From NCBI GenBank assembly GCA_008632985.1, contig QPGO01000121.1, positions 186,001 through 250,000 on the forward strand: a stretch of 64,000 nt of DNA, written 5' to 3'. Source of the stretch: Psammoneis japonica (lineage: Eukaryota). A program made the translations under genes and the position numbers. Under the pieces are notes generated by a model, which saw only the letters and a program-made list of their open reading frames with translations, ran no database searches and had not been told where the DNA came from. The number at the start of each line of letters is the position of its first letter. Within the stretch, counting starts at the first letter, position 1. This document shows, one piece after another, positions 36,894 through 48,950 of this stretch.

Positions 36894-38644
36894 TTAATGT
36901 CTTTGTGCTTGTTCCGGCAAACCAGGAATATCAACTGTAAACACCTTGTCCATTTCCTTCACAAGCTTCTTGTCAAGCTTTGGAAATTCACTCAGATCCT
37001 TGATCTCTGATAGTGCTTGTTGCATGGGTCTTACAGGGGGAAAGTCGCCTCTTGGCAGACCATATCGTCGAGCTGCTGCCATCATTTCTTGATCAAGTCG
37101 TCCAACAAGCCGAGCCTGCTTCTCTCTCTTTCCCCAAGTATACGGTAATTGTTTCCGCAAGTAATGTATAATGTATGCATGAACCTTGACGGCACGTGCT
37201 CGTTTTACCAAATCATTGATTTTTCTCATAATGGCTTGCTGTGGCAATTTCTGGATATCTCGCAGCAAGTCGCGTTCTTCGTTTTGCAAAAGTTCTGCTT
37301 GCTCCGAGTTTCTCATTGGTTGATCCCAAAAGCTCCCCATGTATACACGACACACCTCTGGCGTATTCATCACCTTACCCAACGACCACATGAGTGCCCC
37401 ATATACTCTCATGAGCTGCTGCGTTCCAATGCTATCCGCCTTGTTGAGAACAATTCGAAGCTTATCCAAATGAGGAACCATCATTTCCATTACACTCTGC
37501 AGTTCATCCGAAATGTCCAGCTTGTGTGCGTCAAACATGACAATAATCAAATCCGCTCGCTCGGCAAACCACTTCATCACACCCTCATAGTCATAGCTGC
37601 GCGAACGTTGCTTTTGTCCAGACAAGATTCCCGGCGTATCGACAAGTGTGACATCGCGTAAAATGGGTGAATCCAATTCGACTCCCTCCATGCGTGACAA
37701 GAAATTGTTACCAAAGGGGCTCAACCCCGTAAACTGCCGATGTGTCTGAGAGCAAAGTGCGGCGCCCGGAATGATTTTATCTCTTTCTCCATGCAGTACG
37801 GCAGTGAAACGATCTAAAGGACAAAATAAAAGTAGTCAGCACTTGTTTTGTGGGAGTCGAGGGGAATGCCAGATCTCTATGAGAAGAACGCTTTCCATAA
37901 ACATACCTGTTGTGGGTTCTGGCCCAACGCGAATACCCGGAAAGTCTCGTCCCAACAGGTAGCGAATAAAGGAAGTCTTTCCAACACTATATTGACCCAA
38001 CAAGAGAACCATAGGTGGAGCATCAAAGTCTGAAGGAGAAAGCGGTGGCGACTGGAACAATGCATACTTGGACGCCAGTTCGAGCGGTAAAATTTTCTTT
38101 CTGTATAACCGAGCCACTCCTCTCAGTATGAATTCCTTATCCATGTTGGAAAGTCTAAACCTGATGTATCATCAACCAAGGCTGGATCTTCTGCCGATGT
38201 GTGGTCTGCTGCCGTTGGCTCGTCATAGTAGCCCGGGTGTTGATCTGGTAGCGGCGGTGGTTGACTGGAATCATAGCTATCGGGTAATTCGGGAGGTGGT
38301 TGCTCGTCTGTTTGTTGTCTCGAAGAACTATCCATGTAGCCCTCATTCTGATCAGGGTAAGGTGGAGGATATTCATTTCCATACTGACCCGGCATTGGAT
38401 GGGAAGAGTAACCATCGTACTGTTGTTGCTGTTGTTGTTGTCGTTCCCTATAATAGCTGTGTTCTTGCTCGGGGTGTCGTGGCGGAGGCGGTCTATCTCC
38501 TCGTGGTCGCATTTCCTCGCCAGGCAATGACGGTGGTGTGTCCCCAACATGGCCTCCACGACTTATTCTAGCAATGGATTGCACATTCCATGTCGGCCGT
38601 CTCAACCACAAGAACGCAATCGCCACATACCGCAGAAGCATCAT
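36894..38644 (-). CDS. EHD/RME-1-like dynamin-superfamily ATPase with N-terminal signal-like peptide and no EH domain; intron 37814-37906; frameshift near 38150
   Basis: PMVLLLGQYSVGKTSFIRYLL, GPEPTTD|RF across the intron, FGNNFLSR, VDTPGILSG, FDAHKLDISDE, LMRVYGALMWSLGKVMNTPEV. Confidence 0.9.
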
Positions 38645-39134
38645 TTTTTTCTGAAAGTTCTCAAATCAAAATTTTCTCTTACAATTTTTCGAGTCTCTGC
38701 ATTCCCACTCCAATATCTTTTCTCCAGCCTACGTGGTGTAAATGGATCGACCTATGACTGTAAGACTCAGGATCATCAACGACATCAATCAAATAATAAC
38801 AGCCGACAACACCAACAACCCAACAACCAACAAAAGCTTCACAAATTCACAAGAAAATCTTCAACGTGGAAGCAAAAGGGCGCATTGGAAGCGAGTGCCG
38901 AGGTGAGCAGATGGACAGACGGATGACATCATCATGTCCGTCCATCGGCCGGAAAACCGCGCCCAAAACTCCGGAAGTGCGTTTCCCTACGTGGCATCAG
39001 TACCGCCGGAACGTAGACTGACGTGGGCGTTACGAAACTTGCACTTTGCACGGGAAGAAGCTGACCGCACAAACTCTTCTCACATTTTTCTCACATTTTC
39101 GCGTTCGCAGATGGAACACAAAAAGAGAAAGAAC

Positions 39135-41125
39135 ATGACAGCTTTCAAGTCTGTTGCACTTCAAAGGCTCTTGCTGATTGCAGCTGGATCAAGCCTCCTT
39201 TTCTCACTGATGCTTTCGTCCCCGCTACGTTTGGTGTCAATCGCAGACGCAGATACACGAGACTGCGGTAGAAGATGGCGTTGATGTCCGAACGGGAAAG
39301 CCAACGGGTATGTCTTTTCTTCCAGAGGAAACAGTCGAAAGATGTAAGAAGGGAAGCAATATTGAAAAAATTAAGGCAGCAAAGGATGGTACCTCGGCTT
39401 GGGTGGATGTGTACGAATACGCTAGAAAGATTAGGGAAGGTGAAATGACGTGGGAAGAAGTCGAGAAGGCAGATCTGGACAATGTAAGTGCTTTCTGAAG
39501 ATCCGCGGAAACGCAGGAATAATCTCCGGAAATACATTACTCACTATTGTAATTGTTTATTTTTAAATCGCAGAGATTAAAGTACGTGGGCATGCTCCAC
39601 AGGAATAAGCGCACTCCTGGACAATTCATGATGCGATTGAAGGTTCCCAACGGTATCATCAATTCCGATCAGCTTCGGTTTTACGCCGACAGCGTTGAAA
39701 AATACGGCGAAGAGGGTGGTGTGGTGGATATTACTACTCGTCAAAATATCCAGCTTCGCGGTGTCAAAATTGAAGACGCACCCGATATCATTGACGGCTT
39801 GCACGCGCGGAACCAAACATCCTTTCAGTCGGCCTTGGACAATGTCCGAAACATGGTGGGCAGTCCCCTTGCCGGCATCGATGACCAAGAAATGGTGGAC
39901 ACTCGTGAAATTTGTAATGCCCTGAATGATTTGGTTAGTTTGGACCCCGTCACGGGCACACGTGGAAACCCCATTTGGGGCAATCTGCCGCGCAAATTCA
40001 ACATTGCCGTGTCGGGATCCCGTGATGACTTTGCTCACACGCACATTAATGACATTGGACTTGTTCCCTGTGCTCATGCCGAGACCGGCGAAATGGGCTT
40101 TAATGTTGTCTTGGGTGGATACATGTCCATCAAGCGTGTCGCAGAGTCCATCCCAGCAGACATGTGGATCCCCGCTGACCGCAACTCAGCCGTGACACTC
40201 TGTGAAGCGATTCTTCGTATTTTCCGAGATGAGAGTGAACGCAAGGATCGTCAAAAGGCCCGCCTCATGTGGCTCGTAGAAAAGTATGGAGTGGAGGAAT
40301 TCAAGGCAGCCGTCATTAAGGAGATTGATAGCTACGACCGTGGTGTTACAGTTTGCGATGCCCAACCCACTTCAACAGAGCCATTTGAGAGGCGTGAACT
40401 CAACGGTGTTCACAAGCAGCCGCAAGAAGGCAAAGTGCGTGTGGGCATCATGGTTCCTGCCGGTCGTCTCCACCAAAAGGAATGCAGAGAGATTGCCGAT
40501 CTTGCCGACAAATACTCTGACGGTGAGATTCGCCTCACAGTCGAACAAAACATTATTCTTCCCAACGTTGACGAATCTGCAGTGGATGACCTGTTGAAAG
40601 AGCCGCGCTCGAATCCCATGCGAGACTCAGTGCCAACCCGGGTTTATCGAGGGAAATCTTGTCAGTTGTACCGGTGCTCAATTTTGTGGATTGGCACTGA
40701 TTGAAACCAAGAATAATGCCGAGCGATTGGCAACGTTGCTTGAAGAGAAGTTTACGGTCGATAGACCAATCCGTATTCACTGGACTGGATGGTAAGGCTT
40801 ATGCTTTGATGAGATGAAAAGTATTTTTGCATTTTTACACCTGTGCTAACACTTAGTTGCGTGTTCAAACAACAGCCCCAACAGTTGTGGACAGGTCCAA
40901 GTGGCAGATATCGGAATCATGGGCGCCCCCGCCAAGAAGCTTGATGAAGAGAGTGGTAAAATGAAGGCCGTTCCAGGATGCAAGATTTTTGTTGGAGGAC
41001 GCATTGGCGAAGACGCTCACCTCGAGATGGAGCCCTTCAAAACTGGCATTCCTCTGGCAGAAGAAGACCTCCTTCCGGTTCTGGAAGACATTCTCAAGAC
41101 CGAGTTTGGTGCTGTTGAAAAGTAA
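39135..41125 (+). CDS. nirA: Ferredoxin-nitrite reductase, plastid-targeted; introns ~39484-39573 and ~40792-40875; several probable indels
   Basis: FMMRLKVPNG, DITTRQNIQLRG, DNVRN, NLPRKFNIAVSG, HINDIG, RQKARLMWL, CTGAQFCG and HWTGCPNSCGQ sirohaem/4Fe-4S cysteines (after restoring frame); DAFVP targeting motif. Confidence 0.92.
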
Positions 41126-41570
41126 AAGTGGGGTATAATGCATTTTTCGCGGCTATGAAGTAGTTTGCGCTCTGTAATTTCTAGACAAAAACGAGAATTC
41201 GACTTTGCAGCTTTTTTTTTCTCTGCATGCGCAAGTAACCTTACATACGAACCGTGTTGTCAGGATTACTAGAGAGAAGCACAGGTGCAACTCTGACAGC
41301 CACATTCCTACATTCCATTTGAGAGGTTCATTAGGCGAACCAAATAATATCAAACCTTAGTACAGAAGGCACACTCTACTGTAGAGAGCTGGTGCACAGA
41401 AACAAGGCACTAGAGGACAGCCAAAAGATTGTCCTTCATCAGTGGCCCCCAATCCTGTACAGGAACTCCTGCTTTCTCTAGTCCTCGGATTCATTTTCGA
41501 TAAAAGCTATAAAGAATAATGATTTGGGCTGCACTAGAGATAATCCTTGTCTGGGCAAGACGCGTGGTCC

Positions 41571-42250
41571 TCCTGCCGGTGTCGCTGGATCACACCGAGT
41601 TTCGCAATGTTCTGGCAACTGCCGTTGCAACTGTAGAAAAGGATCAATTGTGTCTTCTGTATTTCCTAGAAGTAGTGACGCAATACAGACCATTTACCTC
41701 CTGCCGGTGTCTGTCTGGAAGTCACCGAGTTTCGCAACGTTCTAGGAACTGCCAGAAAGGACCAATTGTCGCTTCTGCAGTTCCTGCTAAAGATGTGACG
41801 CAATGCAGATCATTACCTTCCCTACTGCCGGAGTCTCGTTGGAAGACACCGAGTTTCACAACCTTCTAGTTACTCCAGTCGCAACTCCAGTAGCAATTGT
41901 GACTATTCTTTAGTTCCTAGAAGTAGTGACGCAATGCATGCCATTACCTTCCCTCCTGCCGGTATCTGGCTGGCAGACACCGAGTTTCGCAACATTCTAG
42001 TAGCTACAGTCGCAACTCTAGAAAGGAGCAATTGTGGCTTATGTAGCTCCTCGAAACAGAGACGCCATAAGGTCCTGCAGACCATAAGCTTCCCTCCTGT
42101 CGTCGCGTACGTCGCGCCGGTGTCTGGCTGGAAGACACCGACTTTCACAACGTAACGTTCTAGTTGCTCACTTCGCAACTCTAGAAAAGTGGAAATTGCG
42201 GCTTCTGTAGTTCCGGAAGCAGTGACGCAATACAGACAATTACCAACCCA
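41571..42250 (+). repeat. Diverged tandem repeat, ~5 units of 124-158 bp
   Basis: gccggtgtc…caccgagtttcgcaac…caattgt…gtgacgcaat recurs from ~41572, 41700, 41825, 41956, 42116. Confidence 0.85.
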
Positions 42251-42456
42251 CTACCGTAGAGGCCTAGCTAGACAATTTTCGAAAACCAATGACAATACTA
42301 TCCTACATAAAAATGAGAGCTATCCTTCCCCTCAAAGACACATTACTATCACTAGTATGTGCGCAGAAACCACTTACTTTACAGCCAGCAGTTAATCCTC
42401 CGCCACTCTCTAGCTCCGCCAATGCTCTCTACCGCTACCTCCATCAAGCGCCGGAA

Positions 42457-42939
42457 CTACGAAGCCGGGGTGTTCTTTCGAGCTTCAAGCCGCACCCTCT
42501 TCTTGTACTCGATTTTGTTGGAAGTATAAAGATTGTAAGCTTCGCTTTGAGCCGGACTGTTGGGATTAGGATCATCTAGCAAATCCTGAATCCCCATCAA
42601 CACTTGCTTAACCGTGATAGCAGGCCTCCACCCCTCTTCTTCGTTGAGAATCGACAGACAAATCGTCCCAGACGGATACACGTTGGGATGAAATAGCGGC
42701 GGAACAAACTTGCATTTGGGAGGCTTGGATGGATACTCGGTCGAGAACTCCATAAGGACCTTGTACACACCGCCTTCCCAATCGGTCCCCTCCTTGCCGG
42801 GGATTCCCGTGTCCCACTTCATAATGTTGGTGCTGCCGTCACCGTTCGACGTTGGTCGAGCGTAAAATCCAAACGGATGGTCTCGGCGCCATGCTTTGCG
42901 CTCTTCTTGAAGACGTCCACGTGCGATACCAGCCGACAT
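42457..42939 (-). CDS. UBC9: SUMO-conjugating enzyme Ubc9
   Basis: [25 protein letters not shown]…[16 protein letters not shown]…WRPAITVKQ. Confidence 0.97.
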   Translation of the reverse strand: MSAGIARGRLQEERKAWRRDHPFGFYARPTSNGDGSTNIMKWDTGIPGKEGTDWEGGVYKVLMEFSTEYPSKPPKCKFVPPLFHPNVYPSGTICLSILNEEEGWRPAITVKQVLMGIQDLLDDPNPNSPAQSEAYNLYTSNKIEYKKRVRLEARKNTPAS

Positions 42940-43242
42940 GATACTGTGTTCGTCTTTGCGTTGCGGCGTTGCTGTTATCGACTGTCTTTGGTCTTCAACA
43001 AATGTCGCTTGCCGCCTGCTTCTTCTTCTTCGCACCAAAACTCTTGACCCAAAAACTCGAAAATCGCTACGGCGTCCGTGGGAGTACCACAGTCCCGTAT
43101 GTGCTTTCTCATAGTCTTGCTACACACGAAATTTTCGTAGACTTCGACGTGTAGACTCCAGATTTTGAATAGACGAACGGAAATGGCAACCCAAATCATC
43201 GGACAATCGCTCAACACAGACATATCTTTGGGGGTGACTTCA

Positions 43243-43250
43243 TGACGTCA
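43243..43250. promoter_or_regulatory. TGACGTCA (CRE-type bZIP site) between divergent UBC9 and SOD genes
   Basis: Perfect palindrome ~50 bp upstream of the SOD ATG; motif match only. Confidence 0.3.
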
Positions 43251-43296
43251 GTGGCCATCAACACACAACACAACACAACGAGAGACGGTCATCACC

Positions 43297-44390
43297 ATGG
43301 TGAAGCTATCGCTTGCGCTCTCGTGCCTCCTTGCCGGATCGGCAAATGCCTGGTCCACCATGACCATGAAGACAGGTAAGGAAAAGCAAAAAGACGAAAA
43401 CGAGAGAGAGAGAGTTTGGTGGATTGAAAAGCGTCAGCTGCTGCGACCATGGTATCTTTCGCTAGGAACGCCAACGAAACGTCCATACGTTGGAATGAAT
43501 TGGCAACAACTTGGAGCAACCTGTTGCGAGCGATTTTTGTCTCTTGTTTCTGACTCGTGGAGGCTTGATACCATTTTGCTGGTAATACCTAGCTAAGATC
43601 CCTCTGAAATTTGAACCCTGCCGATGCTCAGTCTCTGCTTTCTGTCTTTTCATGTGTCACTTCAGAGTCAGGCGCCACGTCTCGTCGTGGCTTTGGCGCG
43701 GCCATTGCTGCTGGTGCTGCCATGGCATCTCCCGCCATTTCCCGGGCCTACGATCTTCCCGATCTCCCCTATGACTTTGAAGCTCTTGAGCCGTACATTG
43801 ACACGCCCACCATGAAGATTCACCACGACAAGCACCACGCCACGTACGTTGCCAACATTAACAAGGCGACCGAAGGCAAGGACGAAGTTCCCATTCTGGA
43901 ACTTCAAGCCAATGCTCTCGAGGCCGGTCCGGCCGTTCGTAACAATGGCGGTGGCCACTACAATCACGCCTTTTTCTGGCAAGAAATGGCTCCCCCGGAC
44001 GATGCCAAAAAGACCGAGCCATCCGAACAGCTTCAGGCGCTCATTGACAAGTCGTTTGGATCCATGGATGAGATGAAGGCGGCCTTTGAGGCGCGTGCCG
44101 CACCGGGTGCTCTCTTTGGTTCCGGGTGGGTTTGGGTCTGTGTCAACCAAAAGGGAGACGAGCTCAAGCTTGTTGGAACGCCCAACCAGGACAACCCGCT
44201 CATGAAGGGCGTGGCGGACGAAGTCATGTTTCCCATTTTGGGTCTGGATGTCTGGGAGCATGCTTATTACCTCAAATACCAAAACCGCAGGCCCGAGTAT
44301 GTGAACAACTGGTGGAACGTTGTCAACTGGGACAAGGTGTCGGAGAACTGTGCTTATGTTGTCGAGAACCACGCTGGTGTCTCTGTCTAA
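43297..44390 (+). CDS. SOD: Mn/Fe superoxide dismutase (Mn-type residues) with multi-part presequence; intron 43376-43665
   Basis: LPDLPYDFEALEPYID, HHDKHHATYV, NNGGGHYNH, FGSGWVW, NQDNP, DVWEHAYYLKYQNRR; spliced N-terminus MVKLSLALSCLLAGSANA-WSTMTMKTESGATSRRGF…SRA-YDLP. Confidence 0.95.
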
Positions 44391-45099
44391 TACGCCAGCT
44401 ACTGACTACGTTTAGTATTATCAATGAGCTTTGCATTGCGTTATTGCATATTCTTCATATTGTGTCTTGACGGTAATTGTGAACTCAGCAAGCATTAACC
44501 ATCTTAGGAAGTAAACTTACGCTACTTGTGGTCAATGAGTAGGATGTTTAATCATGTGCTAGCTAGTCTACGAGTAAGGAGAGTTGTCGAACAAAGAGAT
44601 GTACCAGAAACCGAGTTCTCCCAGGAGAGAGAAGAGAAATGCTTCATCCTTTTTGCTTTCTGTAGAGGGAGAGCTAAAAAGATAAAGCTCAGAGGGAGAT
44701 GCCGGTACCGGTAGAGCCGGAGTGGTCACTAGCTAGACCTACGGCAGTCTTCAGAAGGAACAAGCTCAAGCTACAACCGCAACACAGCACACAGCGAAAG
44801 CACAGACGATACAATAGAGCTGTGAGACTACTCTCGCTACAAATTGAATTTGATATAATGCATAATTTTAATGATTACGCTAAGGCACCTTTTAAGAAGG
44901 TACGTGTGGTAGTTATGAATCTTCAAAATAATCAACATCGCCGCCGCATTGACAAAGAATGAGTGCTTTTCAAACAACACCCGATCTCGAGCAAGGAAAA
45001 TAATACTTGAATAAAAGTTGTCCTTCCATAGGTCCAACTTTACAAGTTGCGTCCATTGCTCATGTCGACATATGAAAGAGAGCCCCAAAATGAAGAGCT

Positions 45100-46558
45100 T
45101 TAGAAGTCACAGTGGAGGACGGTGTTAGCCACTTGCCCGTATCGGCTGCTAGTGTACTTCTTATTGACGGCTCGCAGTTCCGATGATGATGCGGACTTTT
45201 CGGCAAGAACCGCTCGTGCTACGGGAGCAATCTCCTCTTCGCAGTAGGATGCATACCGCAACAGAGTTGGACTCCATGAGTGTCGGCCTGCGCATCGCCT
45301 AGCAATGAAAACAGCCGCTGCCGCAAGTTGACTAGGAAGGTAGTGCAACAAAGCAAAACTCTGTAGAGTTCCGTCCAAGATGTAGCAAGACAACTGAACA
45401 ATCTTCTTGTCGGCGTGGGCAGCCTTTAGGTAGCGAACCAAAAATGCGTGAGCACTGGGAATAGTGATCTGATACTCTAGCGTCTTGAGGATGGTTTCTT
45501 CCATATCGATAATCTGAGTAGCGTAAGAATAAGAAGAACAACACAAGTAAGATAATTGATCAAATGATAGGATCGTGTTTCGAACGCAAGCCGACACGAT
45601 ATATATCTTGCTTACCTCGTCTCTCGAGTACGCGCGATCGCAAATGTAGACAAGGTCACGAAGCTCCGGAGGATAGATCTCTTCGTACTTGGAAGCAATA
45701 AGAAGAGCTGTGACTCCAACCAGCTGGAGTCTGGGCCTGGAAACCTCCTTTCGCTCCAAGTATCGATCGATAATGTTCACCGTGAGGTACAAGGTTTCAG
45801 GGACGAGTTTGAACTTAAGATGAACTTCGACAAGCCAGTCCACAAGAATAGATCGCATCCGCTCGTTGATATGCTGCTGGTTCTCCATGTAGAGGGGTCG
45901 TACTGACGTTACGATTTCCTTTTCGCGAAAGAATTCATACATCTCCTGAACGTACTCCGTGGCACAAAGAGGGTCCTCCGCGTCACGTTCATCAATGTTG
46001 TCCGCAACTCCTTTGCGTTGATAGCTGTTCGGGTCTGCCACAAGAGACTGAGATCGTTGCTGGAGACCGACACCACCACCAATCTTGGACAAGTTGCTGT
46101 TTTGACGAGGGATTACAGAGGAGACTGCAGGGTTCTCAGACGGACGGACGTTCGGGACATAGGCAAAGTTGTTGGCGCGCTTCACGGGCTTTGAACCACC
46201 TTTAGCGTTGTCGTTACCGAAACGTGACGAGTTGTTCGTGATTTCCTGTGTGACGTGCAAGAAGAAGATCATCGAAGAGGTAAGAATTCGAAAAAGAGAA
46301 AGAAGTTTGAAACACAGCGAGGTCGATTACATGAGGCGACGAAACAATATGTAGCGAGCAGGAAACATCAGGCGAGTCCTCGTGTAGTGAGAAAGATGAC
46401 GACGTAGCTATCATTGCTGCAGTTTTAGGGTCGATACACGCTTCGCCATCGTCCATCAAAGCCCAGAAAAATTTGAAACGTCAGAACGAAAACGAGTTTG
46501 AACTTACACCAAGAGCACGACGGGAGCCAGCGACAGAGTTGTTTGTCTGAGGAAACAT
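45100..46558 (-). CDS. CYCB: Mitotic (B-type) cyclin; introns 46246-46507 and 45514-45615
   Basis: Destruction box RRALG|EITN split by intron 1; cyclin box MRSILVDWLVEVHLKFKL; LQLVGVTALLIASKYEEIYPP. Confidence 0.93.
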
Positions 46559-48950
46559 CGTTGCGAGATCCGTCGTCGTTGCTTGCTTGACTTGTCAGAG
46601 TGTGTTGGCTTGATGGAGATCCCTGATAAATGAGCGGTGTTGTTGTCCCTGACTTGGAGTTGTGTCAAATGTGGCGATCGCCGGAGAGTGATGCGCTATC
46701 GCTCAAACTCTCAGCGATGTGCGATTCATGATGAGTGGCAACAGCGAATAGGTTTGGATCGTTTGCTTTTCGGTTGGAAAATCTGCGATGGCGTAGCTTC
46801 TACGTGAATCGCCGGTAGTGACTCCGTGTAGTGCGAGTTGTACACGGGAAACCCGTTAGAAAACGACACGGAGGTCGTTCATGTGCATCGCCGTTTGAAA
46901 CTCAAATTCCACTTATGACGTGTGACGAATAATATAATAAAGCATCGATAGAGTCATATACTACATATATTCATGCACAAAAATATTAAAAACTCTAATT
47001 AGTATAATCGTTAATGATGAAATATCGCTAGCCCGCTTTTAGCGATTAGGGGAAATCGAAAGGAACGGTTTGGAAAATCAACCGAAAAATCAAAATAACA
47101 ATACTTTACATTCATCCTCTAATGTGAAATTATTTTTGATTTATCATAGGGATTTTGACAAACTCGTTATGAATACAATCCATCGTGCTTTAAGACCAAC
47201 ATTATTTGAACATTATCGGTTCATTTATAAAGTTTATGGACACAACGAATTCCATTCACATTTTTTCTTGCCAAGCAACACATCATCATCATGAACACTC
47301 CCACAGCCCCAAGAGGAGTGGAATCACAACAAAACCCGCGTGTACCGGTATGTTTCGGAGGAGACGGAGAATCCGTCGCAGAAAATTCCAAACGTCGCAC
47401 GCTAGAGACCCTGTCGTGTTGGCATTGTCTTACGAATAACGGTGCCGGAGAAGAAAGTACCACTGCATCTGACTGTATGACACTTGCTCGTAACATTTCT
47501 GAAAGGAAAAGCAAGGATCAGTAGAGGGAATCAGTCCCATAGACTCAGGACGTGATATTATACAAGCCCTCGTTTAAGTTTTCGAGACTCTGTCTGACAT
47601 TTCCAAGCCGACCACGTACTGTTTCCAAAGATAATGTTTCTACATATGGGCGGGATCCATTCTTCCAACAGACAAAGAGATTGGAACTCTCAAAAGCGAA
47701 GCTGCATGAAAAATGCTGGAAAAGGGGAGAGTTGTGCTGCTCAGGATGGATAGACTCCGGAAGACGAATTCGAGGTCGGGGAGGGTGTGAAATTTGATGC
47801 GTTTCACCGCTAATAGTTCATTACGGACGATCGCAGCGCACACACACGAACCGTTGAACCAATTTCATTCTCTCTCTTGAAAAAAGTTTCATGCTACAAG
47901 CAACACATGGCTCTTTTTGAATCCGCTATCAAGCCGTAGCAGTGGCTCCTCGTAATTGCCGAAAACATCGAAAGGCAAGTCTAGGTGAACGAACTTGACA
48001 CACCTTGCAGGTTGATGCCAGCTGGGAGAGGCATAGGAGGTTGCGCCTGATCTTTTGGGATCCAGCAAGAACGACACCGACAGTTGTTCCTGGAGAATGC
48101 GGCGACAGCGTTGCTCTTTCATGGCGATTTGAACTGAGTTTGGCAAGAGCCGCCAAGGTGGGAGGTGCATCTGAAGTCGAGGTACGACATAAAAAGAAGG
48201 ACAGGTCGTGTCGCAAATATACAGGTGAATGACGTCCGCGCATCTTTCGAAGAAGACAGTAGGCGGCAGGTCACAGTTGTGGCTGCTCCAAAGCACTCGA
48301 CAGTGTTCTGGAAAGTATATCTGAACTAGAGCTAGGCCCCAGTTCTTACGCTCCGACTGCTCGCTACAAATACTATAGTAGCCCTAGTAGGGCCCTAGAG
48401 ATGTAGAGAGTCAGGTTTACTGCAGTCTCTCCATAGGCTCAAGTGCAGCCTATGCTAGAGGATGGTCTCTCTCTCTAAGCTCTCTACTCTCTATAGAGAG
48501 CTCTCTAGTAGTAGAGTAGAGAGTACGGTAGAGTTTACGTAGTTAGTCGTCCTCGCAAGCGATCTCGCTCCGCGACGATACCACGGCTGGACGGCCGGCG
48601 CCGGACGGCCGGACGGACAAAGAATTAAGAGCACGCATATCCACTAATGATAGACACGAGTGTTGACGGTTGACGTCATGAGCTGCCTCGTAGAATAATA
48701 CCAGAGCCTACGTCTGGTACAAAGTTACACGCGTCCACTGACGTTTGAATTTTCTGTAGATTTAGTAGCAAGCTCTACGTAGCCTCATTCGACCTTGACG
48801 ACACGTCCACGTTGATGGCGGTGATTTCTTGTTGGCGTTGCGTTTGTGTCACTGCGGACCAAAACAACCAAAACAATTGCGTTGAAAGGGCATCTGGTTT
48901 GCTGGAAAGTTAGCTGTGTGAAAAAAGGGTTCATTCAATTGTCGTGAATT

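Noticed and set aside
39135..41125. Programmed frameshifting or pseudogenisation of NiR and other genes
   Set aside because: Single-base breaks occur in many unrelated, otherwise conserved genes, often at short homopolymers; unpolished assembly is the simpler cause (needs reads).
43668..44372. Long antisense ORFs over SOD (and over MBOAT at 49669-50541)
   Set aside because: Shadow frames from codon bias of the sense genes.
31916..46558. Functional cell-cycle gene cluster (RBR, UBC9, cyclin B)
   Set aside because: Interleaved with unrelated genes; no evidence beyond proximity.
47070..48300. Short ORFs between cyclin and MBOAT genes
   Set aside because: No recognisable motifs, starts or splice pattern.
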